This document shows, piece by piece, positions 1 through 16,879 of a stretch of 64,000 bases of DNA. The notes under the pieces were generated by a model. The model had not been told where the DNA came from, searched no databases, and was given only the letters and a program-made list of their open reading frames with translations. The DNA is taken from positions 5,580,001 to 5,644,000 of the forward strand of contig OX597829.1 of the NCBI GenBank assembly GCA_951406725.2, in the 5' to 3' direction. This stretch comes from Octopus vulgaris. Its lineage: Eukaryota. Position numbers and translations under genes: made by a program. Position 1 is the first letter of the stretch, and every line of letters starts with the position of its first letter.

Positions 1-2897
1 CCACCATCACCACCACCTCCACCACCACCTCCACCACCACCACCACCACAACCACCACCACCACCTTCACCACCACCACCACCAATACCACCACCTTCAC
101 CACCACCACCACCACCACCACCACCACCCCTTCACCACCACCACTACCACCATTACCTTCACCACCACCACCACCCACCACCACAATCTTCACCACCACC
201 ATCACCTTCACCACCTCCACCACCACCTCCACCACCACCACCTTCACCACCATCACCACCACCACCACCACCACCTTCACCACCAACACCACCTCCACCA
301 CCACCACCAGCTTCACCACAACCAACAGCTTCACCACCACCACCACCACCACCACCATACCACCATCACCACCACCTTCATCACCACCACCACCACCACC
401 ACCACCACCATCATCACCACCACCACCACCTTCACCACCATTACCACCATCACCATTACCTTCACTACCACCACCACCAGCAGCACAACCCCCACCATCA
501 CCACCACCACCTTCACCACCACCACCACCACCACCATCATCATCACCACCACCACCACCACCACCTTCACCACCATTACCACCATCACCATTACCTTCAC
601 TACCACCATCACCAGCAGCACCACCTCCACCATCACCACCACACCACCACCACCACCACCACCACCACCATCACCTTCACCACCACCACCACTACCACCA
701 CCTTCACCACCTTCACCACTATCACCACCACCACCATCACCACCACCTCCAACACCACCACCACACCACCACCTCCACCACCACCATCACCATTACCTTC
801 ACCACCACCACCACCACCACCACCACCACCCACCACCACCATCACCACCACCACCACCACCACCACCACCACCACCACCACCACCACCACCACCTTCACC
901 ACCACCACCACAACCACCACCACCACCTTCAACACCACTACCACCACCTTCACCACCACCACCTCCACCACCACCTTCACCACCACCACCTTCACCTTCA
1001 CCACCACCACCACCAGCTTCACCACCAACACCACCTCCACCACCACCTTCACCACCACCACCACCACCACCACCACCACCACCACCACCACCACCACCAC
1101 CACCTTCACCACCACCACCACCACCACCACCACCACCTTCACCACCACCACCTTCACCTTCACCACCACCACCACCAGCTTCACCACCAACACCACCTCC
1201 ACCACCACCTTCACCACCACCACCACCTCCACCACCACCTTCACCACCACCACCACCTCCAACACCACCTCCACCACCACCACCTCCACCACCACCAGCT
1301 TCACCACAACCAACAGCTTCACCACCACCATCTTCACCACCACCACCACCACCATCATCACCACCACCACCACCACCACCTTCACCACCATTACCACCAT
1401 CACCACCACCACCTCCACCACCACCACCACCATCACCACCACCACCACCACCACCACCTCCACCACCACCTTCACCACCACCACCACCACCACCGCCACC
1501 ACCACCTTCACCACCATCACCACCACCACCACCATCACCACCATCACCACCACCTCCACCACCACCACCACCACCACCACCACCACCACCACCACCTTCA
1601 CCACCACCACCACCACCAATACCACCACCTTCACCACCACCACCTCCACCCCCCCTCACCACCACCACTACCACCATTACCTTCACCACCACCACCACCA
1701 CCACCACCACCACCACCACCACCACCACCACCTCCACCACCACCTCCACCACCACCAACACCTTCACCACCATCACCACCACCACCACCACCACTACCAG
1801 CTTCACCACCACCACCACAACCACCACCACCACCTTCAACACCACTACCACCACCTTCACCACCACCACCAACTTCACCACCACCACCATCAGCACCACG
1901 TCCACCACCACCACAATCTTCACCACCACCACCACCACCTCCACCACCACCTTCACCACCACCACCTTCACCACCACCACCACCACCAGCTTCACCACCA
2001 CCACCACCTCCACCACCACCACCACCACCACCACCACCTCCACCACCACCTTCACCACCACCACCTTCACCACCACCACCACCACCAGCTTCACCACCAA
2101 CACCACCTCCACCACCACCTTCACCACCACCACCATCTCCAACACCACCTCCACCACCACCACCTCCACCACCACCAGCTTCACCACAACCAACAGCTTC
2201 ACCACCACCATCTTCACCACCACCACCACCACCATCATCACCACCACCACCACCACCACCTTCACCACCATTACCACCATCACCACCACCACCTCCACCA
2301 CCACCACCACCATCACCACCACCACCACCACCACCACCTCCACCACCACCTTCACCACCACCACCACCACCACCGCCACCACCACCTTCACCACCATCAC
2401 CACCACCACCACCATCACCACCATCACCACCACCTCCACCACCACCACCACCACCACCACCACCACCACCACCACCTTCACCACCACCACCACCACCAAT
2501 ACCACCACCTTCACCACCACCACCTCCACCCCCCCCTCACCACCACCACTACCACCATTACCTTCACCACCACCACCACCACCACCACAATCTTCACCAC
2601 CACCATCACCTTCACCACCTCCACCACCACCTCCACCACCACCAACACCTTCACCACCATCACCACCACCACCACCACCACCACTACCAGCTTCACCACC
2701 ACCACCACCACCTTCACCACCACCACCACCACCACCAGCTTCACCACCACCACCCCATTTCCACCACCACCATTTCCACCACCACAACCTCCACCACCAC
2801 CACCATTTCCACCACCACAACCTCCACCACCACCACCACCAGCTTCACCACCACCACCACCTTCACCACCATTACCACCACCACCACTACCACCTTC
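1..2897. repeat. Imperfect (CCA)n/(TGG)n trinucleotide array with higher-order duplication
   Basis: Continuous CCA units with recurrent variants (cct, tca, gct, tta). 1261-1650 recurs almost exactly at 2141-2530 (880-bp offset). Runs off the window start. Confidence 0.97.
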
Positions 2898-3269
2898 AGG
2901 ACCACTTATTTGATAAGTGTTGATAGCGACGATAAGCGGCGCCCATGCTATAGTTACAGAAAACTATAGACCAGGGAAGACTAGTCGGTAGAGGTTGCCA
3001 GATATGTCGTGGTAATTGCTACAAACGAAATTGGCATTCAACTGTTTTGTCAATACAAAACAAAGTGTATGTTCTGATCTAAGTGGTGGCTCTTAGACAT
3101 AAAAAAAAAGAAACCGAAGCCGTTGTTCCATCAACCAGGGCTAGCAATGTGACGTGGGAACAAATCAACATTTCAGACTTAAACGAACAGCGACAGGTTA
3201 TTTTCTATTCTATTTCAGGCACACGTGTGAAGGCTTTTGAACAAAGTGGTAAACTGAATAGTATAGTCT

Positions 3270-3500
3270 TTAACGCCTGCTTAAGCAGCTATACCGACTA
3301 TCATAAATAATGGTAGGGCGGTGCTTCCTAAGGAGCAACAACTTCGAAACAAACTTTACAAGTACAGAAGTTATGTGAGACGGGCTGTGTCCAAGACGCT
3401 CGCAGAGCGAGGAAACAGATCTGCATGTACTCGTTTAGTATCCGAGAGGTGCTGACTAGTGGAGATATGTTGAACGCCTGTTGTCGCATATGAGACGAAT
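3270..3500 (+). mobile_element. Decayed Tc1/mariner-type transposase N-terminal HTH remnant
   Basis: Hand translation ATTSKQTLQVQKLCETGCVQDARRAR resembles the ...KFRETGSVxDxxRSGRP motif of HTH (DUF4817-like) transposases. Contains stops; no TIRs found. Confidence 0.35.
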
Positions 3501-3624
3501 CCGGCTATCATTCGACTTTATGTAATACTCGACACTTTATGCCTGATTTGCATCATCTCCTTAATCTGCCACCTTGTTGATAAATAAAAGAAACCGTCAT
3601 TATTATCATTGTTGTTGTTATAAA

Positions 3625-4435
3625 GATGTATGTGGAACAAAATCCTAGGATTGATTTTTAAAAAAGCAATTAAAAAAACAGAGAGCTTAACTGTAGCAGC
3701 CAAGGATAAAAGCAATAAAAACAAATAACTTGAGTAAAAACGTTTATGGGGGAGAATGTGTCAGAAGAATGTAGAATCTGTGAAACTTGGAACGGGACAA
3801 TTGCAAACGTTGTTGTAGAATGTTCCAAGTTGGCAGAGGAAGAACATAAGACATGGAGGCGCGACCAAGTATTAAAAGCTTTATACTGGAAGCTTTGCCA
3901 GAAATGGGGATATGAAAATGGTTCTCATGGCAAGAACATCGGGTCGGAAGAGTACTGAAGTCGGAGAATTGTAAGAATCCGTGGGATTTTCCTATTCAAA
4001 CAGACAAGAAGTTGGAAAGTACTGGACCAGACATAACAATAATTAACTAAGAAAAGCGAAATTGTCTACTAACTGATCCATCGTGTACGTTTAATTCCAA
4101 GATTGTAAACAAAGAAGACGAAACACAATTGCAAAAAAGATACAATCCTTTAAAATTTGAAATTTCAAGAATTTGATTAATAAAAATTGTAAAGGTTGTG
4201 CCCATAATATTTGTTGTATTGGGAACTGTGAGTAAAGATACAAGCAAATGGTTGAAGGAGATTGGAATAGAATGTCCGGTAGAGCTTCTAACAGAAAGCT
4301 TGCTTCTTCGGGACAGGAAAGATTATCAGGAGGGTTCTAAGCACTTGAAAGACTATTGAAAGCTACTTGATACCTAAGATTACTGGTACCCATATAAATC
4401 CTACCAGGAGTAACACCGAACCTCGGTCAAGTCAA
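3625..4435 (+). mobile_element. R4/Dong-type non-LTR retrotransposon, 3' fragment (CCHC knuckle + restriction-like endonuclease)
   Basis: CRICETWNGTIANVVVECSKLA..H..RRDQV..LYWKLC; WDFPIQTDKKLESTGPDI (PD motif); KVVPII..LGTVSK. Stops and frameshifts present. Confidence 0.88.
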
Positions 4436-4442
4436 TATTAAT

Positions 4443-4764
4443 AAACAACTAGAGCACTCAGAGAGAGATGATTTTTAAAATGAGAATATCTGAAATGAAC
4501 TCGACTGCTCTCACAAACGAGAATGCTAAAAATGAACCTGACCGCTCTCAAAAGTTAAGTAAAAAAAAAAAAACAGGAAAAATAATCTAGAATCCTTGTC
4601 CGAGGGCGGATCGATCTCAAAATCTAATCAGTTCGTACCAGTCGCAAGCCAAAACATTCCTGAAAGTTTCATCCGAATCCGTGCAGCGCTTCTTGAGATA
4701 TCGAGTCCACGGACAAACAAAACTGAAATCAATAACTCTGTCTTCGCTAAGGCGAAGGTAACAA
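4443..4764 (-). mobile_element. Helentron-associated non-autonomous element (HINE/DINE-1-like)
   Basis: Minus strand starts ttgttaccttcgcc with hairpin cttcgc-taag-gcgaag (4742-4757) and ends ...ctgagtgctctagttgttt. Internal aaatctaatcagttc / aaagtttcatccgaatccg / ttgagatatc motifs are typical of HINEs. Confidence 0.6.
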
Positions 4765-4774
4765 TTCGATATCT

Positions 4775-5512
4775 CAAAGTGTGCAATGCTAAATTTGAAA
4801 CGGGGGAAAAGAGCAGATTGTAGGGTCATAAAATTGCAAAACGGAGAGAAAATGGAAGACCCGCATGATGATGGGTACAAGTACCTTGGAATTCTGGAGT
4901 TGGACAATATCTTGCACCTAGAAATGAAAGGAAAGGTCATCACTGCTTATTTGAAGCACCTCAAGCTTCTCTTGAAATCAAAACTCAACACAAATAATCT
5001 TGTGACTGCCATCAACATATGGGCTGTTGCTGTAGTCCACTATAGTGCACCCATCCTCAAATGGACACGAGCGGAGATTGACCAACTCGTTCGCACTACA
5101 CAAAAAGCAATGACAATGCATGGTGACCTCCACCCAAAGGTGAACGTACACAGGCTCTACATGAAGAGGTGTAAAGGTGGACGTGGGCTGATTAGCGTAC
5201 GGGAGTGCATGAACAGTGAAAGAAGAAACATGGCAGAATATTTGGTTAACAACAAAGAAGACCTGCTACGGTATGCTGCTAGAGCAGAAGGAGTTACCAG
5301 AAATGTACTTAAGAGTGCTAATGAATTCTGATCGCGAATAGCCAACGAGAGAGAAGAAACTCTACTCCACATGGAATTACATGGCCAGTTCCACCGTGAA
5401 ACTAACAACTCAAAATACCAGGAAGCATCATGGAGGTGGCTCAGTAAGGGTGACCTAAAAGAAGAAGACTGAAAGCCTGATCATCGCATATTGGACACTG
5501 TGCAACGTCTTA
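4775..5512 (+). mobile_element. R4/Dong RT C-terminal/thumb fragment
   Basis: ORF 4786-5331: YKYLGILE, LKSKLN..N.VTAINIWAV, HPKVNVHRLYMKRCKGGRGL; continues LHGQF..WRWL..GDLK. Confidence 0.9.
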
Positions 5513-6088
<576 letters not shown>

Positions 6089-6102
6089 AATAATAATAAT
6101 AA

Positions 6103-6629
6103 CTCTCATGGCTTCTGATCTTAACTGATTGGAAGTGTTATCATGTACATTGTTTTGTCTTGGTATAAAAGATGGGCTACAGCAAATATTCTTCTCAATA
6201 CCACAGATTTGCTTGTCAGTTGTTTGACCTTAACCATTTGAGCATGTCCCTTAGTGGCTGACGATATGTGCATCTCTGATCACGAGAAGAAGTAGTGGGG
6301 AAGATCATAGCTATGTATTGAGAGGATTCTTTGGGGTTTGAAGAATTCACCTCTGGAAACATGGGTGGTTCTTTCAACATCCTTAAACAACCCTTATTCA
6401 GGGACCGTTTGAGCGGGATGGGCTACTCAACCTGAAGAAAATCCTAACTGGGCCCCACCTGCAAGGTCATGTGCTGTTTATCTTGATATGAGATCACCTT
6501 GTCGCGCACATATGGTTGTGATGCATGTGTCTGGTGTACCCTTATCAGACGGGTAGTCATGATGGGTATATTGGGCTTCGTATATTTTACTCCAGTGTCA
6601 CTTTGATGGCATGCACTGCTCTCTCACTC
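6103..6629 (+). mobile_element. Element A, copy 2 (tandem with copy 1)
   Basis: Same sequence as copy 1 with ~85 bp more at the 5' end; followed by long (TAA)n. Confidence 0.85.
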
Positions 6630-9910
<3,281 letters not shown>

Positions 9911-9911
<1 letters not shown>

Positions 9912-10264
9912 GACCTGGAAATCGAAATACAAAAGATGTGGAATCTTAAAACAAAAACTGTTCCTGTTATTGTAGGTGCCTTAGGTATGATAAAAAAGGG
10001 ATGTCAGAAACACCTAGACAATATCCCTGGAGAACCATGTCTCAAGGAAATCCAAAAGATTGTGCTAACAAGTACTGCCCACATCCTTAGAAAAACCCTA
10101 TGAATGTAAATGTTTGTGTTTGTATTACATGGAGATATTTCTCTACTTCCCCTCTCCAAGCTTTCAGCTATATTTCAACAACTCTTAACCTTCACTTGCC
10201 CTAGGGCGCTGGGTGTGCCCCGGCAAGTGATTGCATCAAACATGCAGATTAAAAGTAAATTACA
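9911..10264 (+). mobile_element. R4/Dong extreme 3' fragment plus 3'UTR
   Basis: KDLEIEIQKMWNLKTKTVPVIVGALGMIKKG..EIQKIVLTSTAHILRKTL*, then (TAA)n. Confidence 0.88.
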
Positions 10265-10284
10265 ATAATAATAATAATAATAAA

Positions 10285-12000
10285 TCCATTTTGGATTATA
10301 AAAAGTCTTGGGCTGGTACAGGTGTCTGATGAAATATCAAATTTTATTAGAAGTTCAATGAAAAACTGGAATACAGAGTTAACTTCATGTGGAAAATTTC
10401 TGGTGAGGGTTAACACCAAGAGAGGCATACTTCAAGTAGATTGCTGTTTGTGATTTGAAAAGCGGAGGACAATTAAATCATCTGTTATGCATGAATGATT
10501 TATAGATGCTTGGAATGACCGAACGTGAAATAAATGGCCTAGTTTCAATAGAGCATATATTCAGCAAGGATATCAGGATGGAATTTGAAATTAAAAGGTG
10601 TGGTATGCTTATAATACAAAGGGGCAAATTAGTGTCGTCTGATGGTATAGAGCTACCCAGCGGTGAGAAAATCAAGGATATTGAGACTAATGGATATAAA
10701 TATCTGGCGATTTTAGAATACGTCAAAATCAAGGAAAGTGAAATGAAGGAAAGCTTTAGGTAAGAATATTTCAGAAGAATCAGTTATGAGAAGTAGATTC
10801 AATGAAAAAGGAAAAAACGAAATCAGGGCAATGAAACGCTGTTTCCTGAATGCGATTTGGTGCAGGTGTTGTTAGGTGGACAACGAACGAGCTTGAGGAA
10901 ATGGAGAGGAAAACTGGAAAAGTAATGGCAATTAACAAGGAACTACACCGAAAAGCGATACTGACAGAGTGTATGTATCTAGGAACAGGGAAGGAAGAGG
11001 TCTCATAGGATGCAAGATCTGTGTTGTCAATGTGAAGAATAGTGTGGGATGGTACATTAAACAACAGAGTGAACCCTTGCTTGCTGCTGTTATAATTAAC
11101 AATAGAATACCTGCCGAAAATGTGATGCACTCACAAACATTTATAAAACAAGTTGAAGAAGAAAAAAGAGTGAACAACAGCTAAATGAAACCACTTCATG
11201 GGCAACACCTCAGAAAAATCGAAGGAAACGATAAGATCAATACTTTGAGATGGCTAAGAAAAAGTGATCTGAAAGTATGCACTGTGGCATTAGTATACAG
11301 AGCCCGGGAGCAAGCTTTGAGAACGTGGCAGCAGGAACGAAACAATCTCACATATTGTGAGTGATTGTAACAATCTGGCCCAAAAGCGCTGCAAAAGGAG
11401 GCACGATAACGTGGATTAAGTTCATTCACTGCAGAGGTATGTGAAAAGTACGGCCTAAACAGAGCACGGAAATAGTACGAACATGAAAGACGAGTCACCA
11501 AGAACAAGGAACATAAGAGACTGTGAGATTTTACGATCCAATGTAACTCCCTAATCGAGGCTCGATGACCAGATATTGTTGTCGTAGATATTGGGAAAAA
11601 GCAGAAACCTGGAGATGCACGCATAATTGACAACAGAACTTGAAAAGATTGAAAAATAAAAACTGTTGAAAGACGAAATTGCAAGAATGTGGACTATGAG
11701 GAGAGTGTCTGTCATTCCAGTAGTTGTAGGAGAACTAGGAGCATGAATAACCAAGTTCGAGAAATATGTCAAAGAAATTGGAATTGACATGAGAGCAGAG
11801 CATGCCCCAACTGCTCTGTTGGGACAGCTAGGATTTTGAAATTGGTACTTGGATGTTGAATGTCTCCCACAATAAGTAACAACCGATTACGAAAGCTTAT
11901 AATGTGCAGAAAAAGACCCTGTGAGACCTCTGACAGCAGACTGCTGTCCGCTCTCAAAGAATATACCAGAACAAAAAAGACCGAACGTTCTGAGAAGTAA
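10285..12000 (+). mobile_element. Decayed R4/Dong element (RT through endonuclease)
   Basis: SMKNWNTEL, INHLLCMNDL, FSKDIRMEFEIKRCG, YKYLAILE, YVSRNREGRGL, LHGQHL, PDIVV, VIPVVVGELG. Confidence 0.88.
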
Positions 12001-12027
12001 AACAACGACAACAACAACAATAATAAT

Positions 12028-12080
<53 letters not shown>

Positions 12081-12152
12081 AATAATAATAATAATGATAA
12101 TAATAATAATAATAATAATAATAATTAATAATAATTAATAATGATAATAATA
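12001..12152. repeat. (CAA)/(TGA)/(TAA) compound microsatellite
   Basis: Directly visible. Confidence 0.95.
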
Positions 12153-12154
12153 GA

Positions 12155-12416
12155 AATATTAAAATTACTAAGTCTCTCTAAAGGAGATTACGGCAGCGTT
12201 ACTGGAAATTAATAGTTATCGTCATACTTATATGGCAGTCTTATAAATATAAGACTAAAGCTGTCGCTGATTAGCTCCAAGAGGCCACCGCCTCAAGCTA
12301 GCTATTTGACACACAACCTGCGTCCATTATAAACCTTCGAACAGGGGAGGTCAGCCGCTTCATCCTGCCAGTCAGACAGCTGCAGACATGTTTCAGGGTA
12401 TTTGCCCTTTATCAAT
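12155..12416 (-). mobile_element. Probable Penelope-like pseudo-LTR fragment with degenerate minimal hammerhead ribozyme
   Basis: Minus strand 12415-12381 reads TTGATAA AGGG caaata CCCT GAAAC ATGTC TGCA: CTGATGA with two transitions, stem II, and the palindromic GAAACATGTC helix III of PLE hammerheads. Confidence 0.5.
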
Positions 12417-12563
12417 AAAAAGAAGAAGAAGAAGAAGAAGAAGAAGAAGAAGAAGAAGAAGAAGAAGAAGAAGAAGAAGAAGAAGAAGAAGAAGAAGAAG
12501 AAGAAGAAGAAGAAGAAGAAGAAGAAGAAGAAGAAGAAGAAGAAGAAGAAGAAGAAGAAGAAG
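12417..12563. repeat. Pure (GAA)n tract, ~49 units
   Basis: Directly visible. Confidence 0.99.
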
Positions 12564-15500
12564 ACTTTCCTTCTTGGCCACCAGGACCGAACACAAAACA
12601 TAGAGGACGATACACAGACGAAGGACAGTGATGTTAAAGGTATAAACAACCAACAAACACAACGATTAACAAAGAGATTAAGTTAACAATAGAAGGGAGT
12701 TCCACCGTAAGGTGATCAAAGAGACCTCACTCACTTTGGACCTCTTAATGCCAACGGCTCCTCTGGAACACACCCTCTCTTCTCCCTTCCATCCGGCCTA
12801 CAAGCGCACACTTAGTAGAGGCCCATTCACGCGGACCATTCTTGCCACATTCACCACCTTTCAACGAACTTACTGGTGATAGTACCTCCATATCTAGCCC
12901 TCTTTCCTTTTCACGTGGAACCTGAAAAAGTGAATGAGGCCTTGGACAAAGAGGAATGTACCCGTTTTCAACCCTTTTAATCGCGTCCACCACACAACCT
13001 CTTTTGCCATAGTCACCAGACAGAGAAAAATTGCTCTCCCTTCCCGAGGAGGCGGGGTGATTTTCACAATGGATCCGTCCTACACGTAACAATAACTATT
13101 CGACAAAGCTCCGCAAGTCAGCAATGCGTGAGCACTGTACGAGAGCGTGCAGAACGGTTTCATAGTTCTGCATGCATCTCGGACAAGCCCAACAGACTGC
13201 ACACCCTTGCCTGCAGAGCTTATCCCGAACCAGTAGCGCCCTCCAGCCCCGGTAGCGTTGCTAGACATGGGATTTCTGGAAGTTATCCATAGTTTCTGGC
13301 CCAAACGTCCTCCGGAAGAGACCAACTTGTTGATCCCCCTCGACACCTAGGACCACTCTGAGTACGTCGTTGCTCTTGCCCTCCACTAATCCTTTATAGA
13401 ACTCCAAGTGAATCTTCCACCAACTGCATTGCCCGACTGACCGAGGGCTGTGAGCGCTTGGAGACATTCTAGGTGCCAAGCGCCCTGCCTCGATCTGCTC
13501 CAGGATTGTAGCTCCGTCAAGGAGACGAGCTGCGAAAAAGCATGTTCAACAAACGGCGACCACACATGCTCACCGTTAAGGTATCGTTGGAGATGTCGCA
13601 ACCTCAGCGCATGTCTGAGCATCCTCAGCCACGACTTGCTCTGTCCTCCACGCAGCGGTTGCTGATAGCAAATGGACTGACAAGTGGTACCCATTCCCTC
13701 TACAGGAAGCGGAAGAGCAAACGCACCAGTCCGTTCAACCACGAAGTGGGGTGAGGGACAAGAGTCAGGCGGTAGTATACGACGGATGCGATGTACGCAT
13801 TCGCCACCTCCACCCGACCTTTCAGGGACAGCTTCCTTTCGGCCCATTTCTGGGTGAGACTGGCCACCCTTTCACCTCGCTCCTGTTGTTGTCCACTCGG
13901 AAATCCAGACCGAACCAGTTCCTGAGCAACTTAACAGGTCTTTCCGTCTAGCGTCCCACCCCGCTGTTGGTTAGCATGGGCTTGCCTCTCCAGGTACCGA
14001 GCTGCAGGCCCACTGACTTCTCCTGGCTGATTATTGCTCATGTCACCGCTTTATATTCCCTAAGGTTAGTGCTGACCATCTCGATTTGTGAGATGTCCGA
14101 CACTATCACGGTCACGTCGTCCGCATACGCCGACATGAACCTTCCGCATCCCAGTTCACGCGGGATACCCCTCGAAACCTCCAGCTTCCGCAGTAATGGC
14201 TCGAGTACCAGTGCGTAGAAAAGGAGTGAGAGTGGGCATCTTTGACGGACCGAAAGTGCAATACTAAACGATTCCGGGAGGTGGCCATTTACTTTGACCA
14301 CCGAACAGATGTCGTTGTACATTGCAACGACCCAGCCTCTCAAAACGGGACTGAAACCAGCCGCTTCGAGGACAGCCTCCAAGTACAGATGATCGACCCT
14401 ATCAAAGGCTTTCTTTTGATCCAAAGGGATCAGGGTCTGACCTATGCCAGGTTCTTTAAAAACACTCTCTATGATGTATCGCGTGTGGTGGAGGTTGTTG
14501 TGTATAGTTCTGCTGGGGATATCGCAAGTCTATGCACCACCCACCAGTCTCTCAATGACAAGCGCCAACCTTTTTGCTAACACCTTGGCCAAGATTTTGT
14601 AATCTGTATTTAGCTTAAAGTATCAGCAATGTCTTCCTTGTTCGGATCCTTTCTCTGTAGCGTGATACACCTCGGCTCACAGATCCAGGTATTCTCCCAT
14701 TCTGTTGCCAGTCGCAGAAGACGTCTCCCAAAAGCTCACCAAATGACGTCTGACATAGTATATAAAGCTCGGAGAGCAGACCATCCAATTCCGGAAACCT
14801 CTCACTCGTACAACTAACCAACGCTGTTATCGGCATTTTGCAGAATTCCATGTCTCTGGCTGAAGCCATGAAATTCCGATGCTGCGCCGATGGTTGTTGT
14901 TGTTCTTGTTGATGTAGCGACATTTTCTTTTTTTAAATTTATTGCATTTTTAAAAATTGTTATGGGTGTTTGTGATTATGGGGTTTGTAGTGTTGGTGCT
15001 GTCATCAGTGTGTCTGTGCTTCCCGTTTCTTGGATTTCTCCCTTTTTTTCTGTGTCTCTTCCTTTTTTTGTTGTTTTTTTTTTGCCTTTTGAGCTTCCCC
15101 CAATCCTCACTTGGATGCGTGGAAGAGTCCGTGTCTTGGATGTTTTCTTTCAGTGTTGCTTGATCTGGTAATCTTGTAGTTGTTATTGTGGCTCCTGCTG
15201 CTGTAGCTTCCGCCTTTGCTGCTGGTGCTACTCACACTACCACCTTTATTGTAACACTTGGCTGTTTTGTCTCCTTGGGTTCAATTACTTTTCCCCTGCC
15301 TTTCTGTTGTTGTTGTTGTTCTTTTTATTGACTCGTGGTTTGTAGTGCAACTCTCCGTTTGGTTGTTGCTTCCAGCATGTCGCTTGGAGGCGTCAATTCT
15401 GCACTACTTCTATTCATTTTCATATATTTTTCTACTTTGTTTAGTTTTTCTATTTTGTTCTCCAATAAGATATTAACGAATTCCTTGGCTGCCGTGACAT

Positions 15501-15595
15501 TTTCAAAAGTCTCTTTCCTGCCGCTAACTCCATTTTTGTTAGACTCTTCGCTGCAGTTGCTTTCAATATTGTTTACTTCACAACTGAGCAAGTTC
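12564..15595 (-). mobile_element. Tx1/L1-clade LINE, decayed, ORF1-like region fused to RT (endonuclease deleted)
   Basis: Minus strand: YKILAKVLAKRL, DQKKAFDRVDH, SVRQRCPLS, AYADDVTV, ICYQQPLRGG, CPRC..ETVLHA knuckle; clearly homologous to 43113-45325. 14880-15595 is K/T/Q-rich ORF1-like sequence. Confidence 0.88.
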
Positions 15596-15597
15596 AC

Positions 15598-16123
15598 TGC
15601 CTTGATGTACTAACTGGCAGTGACCATGCTTTAATGCATTATCTGGCAGTGGCTTCTGATCTTAACTGAGTGGAAGTGTTGTCATGTACATTGTTTTGTC
15701 TTGGTATAAGAGATGGGCTACAGCAAATATTCTGCTCAATACCACAGATTTGCTTGTCAGTTGTTTGACCTTAACCAGTTGAGCATGTCCCTTAGTGGCT
15801 GACGATATGTGCATCTCTGATCACGAGCAGAAGTAGTGGGGGAGCATCATAGCCATGTGTTGAGAGGGATTCTTTGGGGTTTTCAGTAATTCACCTCTAG
15901 AAATATATGCGTTTCGTTCATCATCCTTAAACATCCCTTATTCAGAAACATTTTGAGTGGGAATGGCTACTCAACCTGAAGAAAATTATAACAGGGCCCC
16001 ACCTGCAAGGGCATGTGCTGTTTATCTTGATATGAGATCACCATGTCGCGCACATGTGGTTGTGATGCATGTGCCTGATGTACCCTTATCAGACCGGTAG
16101 TCAATATGAGTATATTGGGATTC
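15598..16123 (+). mobile_element. Element A, copy 3 (5' end present, 3' end cut by a Dong fragment)
   Basis: Starts tgccttgatg like 41303. A 15-bp direct repeat agtatattgggattc (16109-16123 / 16126-16140) marks the junction. Confidence 0.85.
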
Positions 16124-16140
16124 ATAGTATATTGGGATTC

Positions 16141-16830
16141 AAATCGTCATAATTCTTCAATTTTTCTTCTTCTTTCTCTTTGATCCTGTTGTCACCGGGA
16201 CATGCTCCGTCGATTATCGTGCATGTTCCTTCTTTTTTTCTCTTTTCACTACGACAATATCCGATTTCCGATGTCAGGTCAGGTAACCGCACTAAATCAT
16301 TGTATCGCACAGGATTTGGCAATTTTCGTTCTCGTTAACTTCTTCTGGGGTTTGCTCCTACCACGCCTTTGCTCTTTGCAGGCCATGGTTTCCACAGAGC
16401 TTCCAATGGATCATTCTTGTCACATTGTCATGTCGTCTTTTGTATCCGCGTTGTGCTAATTTCGGGCATGCGCTAACGATGTGCTATTCCGTTTTACCTT
16501 CTCACCAAACATTCTGTGGTTATCGCTGTCGGTAGTCTTGTCTATTCTGTACTTCACATAGTTAGTCCTTAACACTTGTTCTTGGGCTGTGCATATGAGT
16601 GCTTCTGTTGCTATCTTAACGTTACTCCACCTCATCCATATCCATCTATATTCTGTATCTGTCTTGATGTTCCTATCTCCTGCAAACTGATTGTCCCCTT
16701 TTTTCTACTTACATGCTGTTTCTTTTTCTTTGTGTTCTTTTCCTCTTTAAGTTTTTCAGTCAAAATACTTTGTGGCGTTTCATCTAGTTCTTTACGTTCG
16801 GATTTTAAATGCTGCCACTCGAGGTTTGGG
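16141..16830 (-). mobile_element. R4/Dong 3' fragment
   Basis: CTIIDGACPGDNRIKEKEEEKLKNYDDL; upstream ALICTAQEQVLRTNYVKYRIDK and RHDNV. Matches 29800-29870. Confidence 0.85.
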
Positions 16831-16879
16831 ATTGATGTAATCGAGTAGTTTTCTCCACCGAAATTCCAGGATTTGTTCC

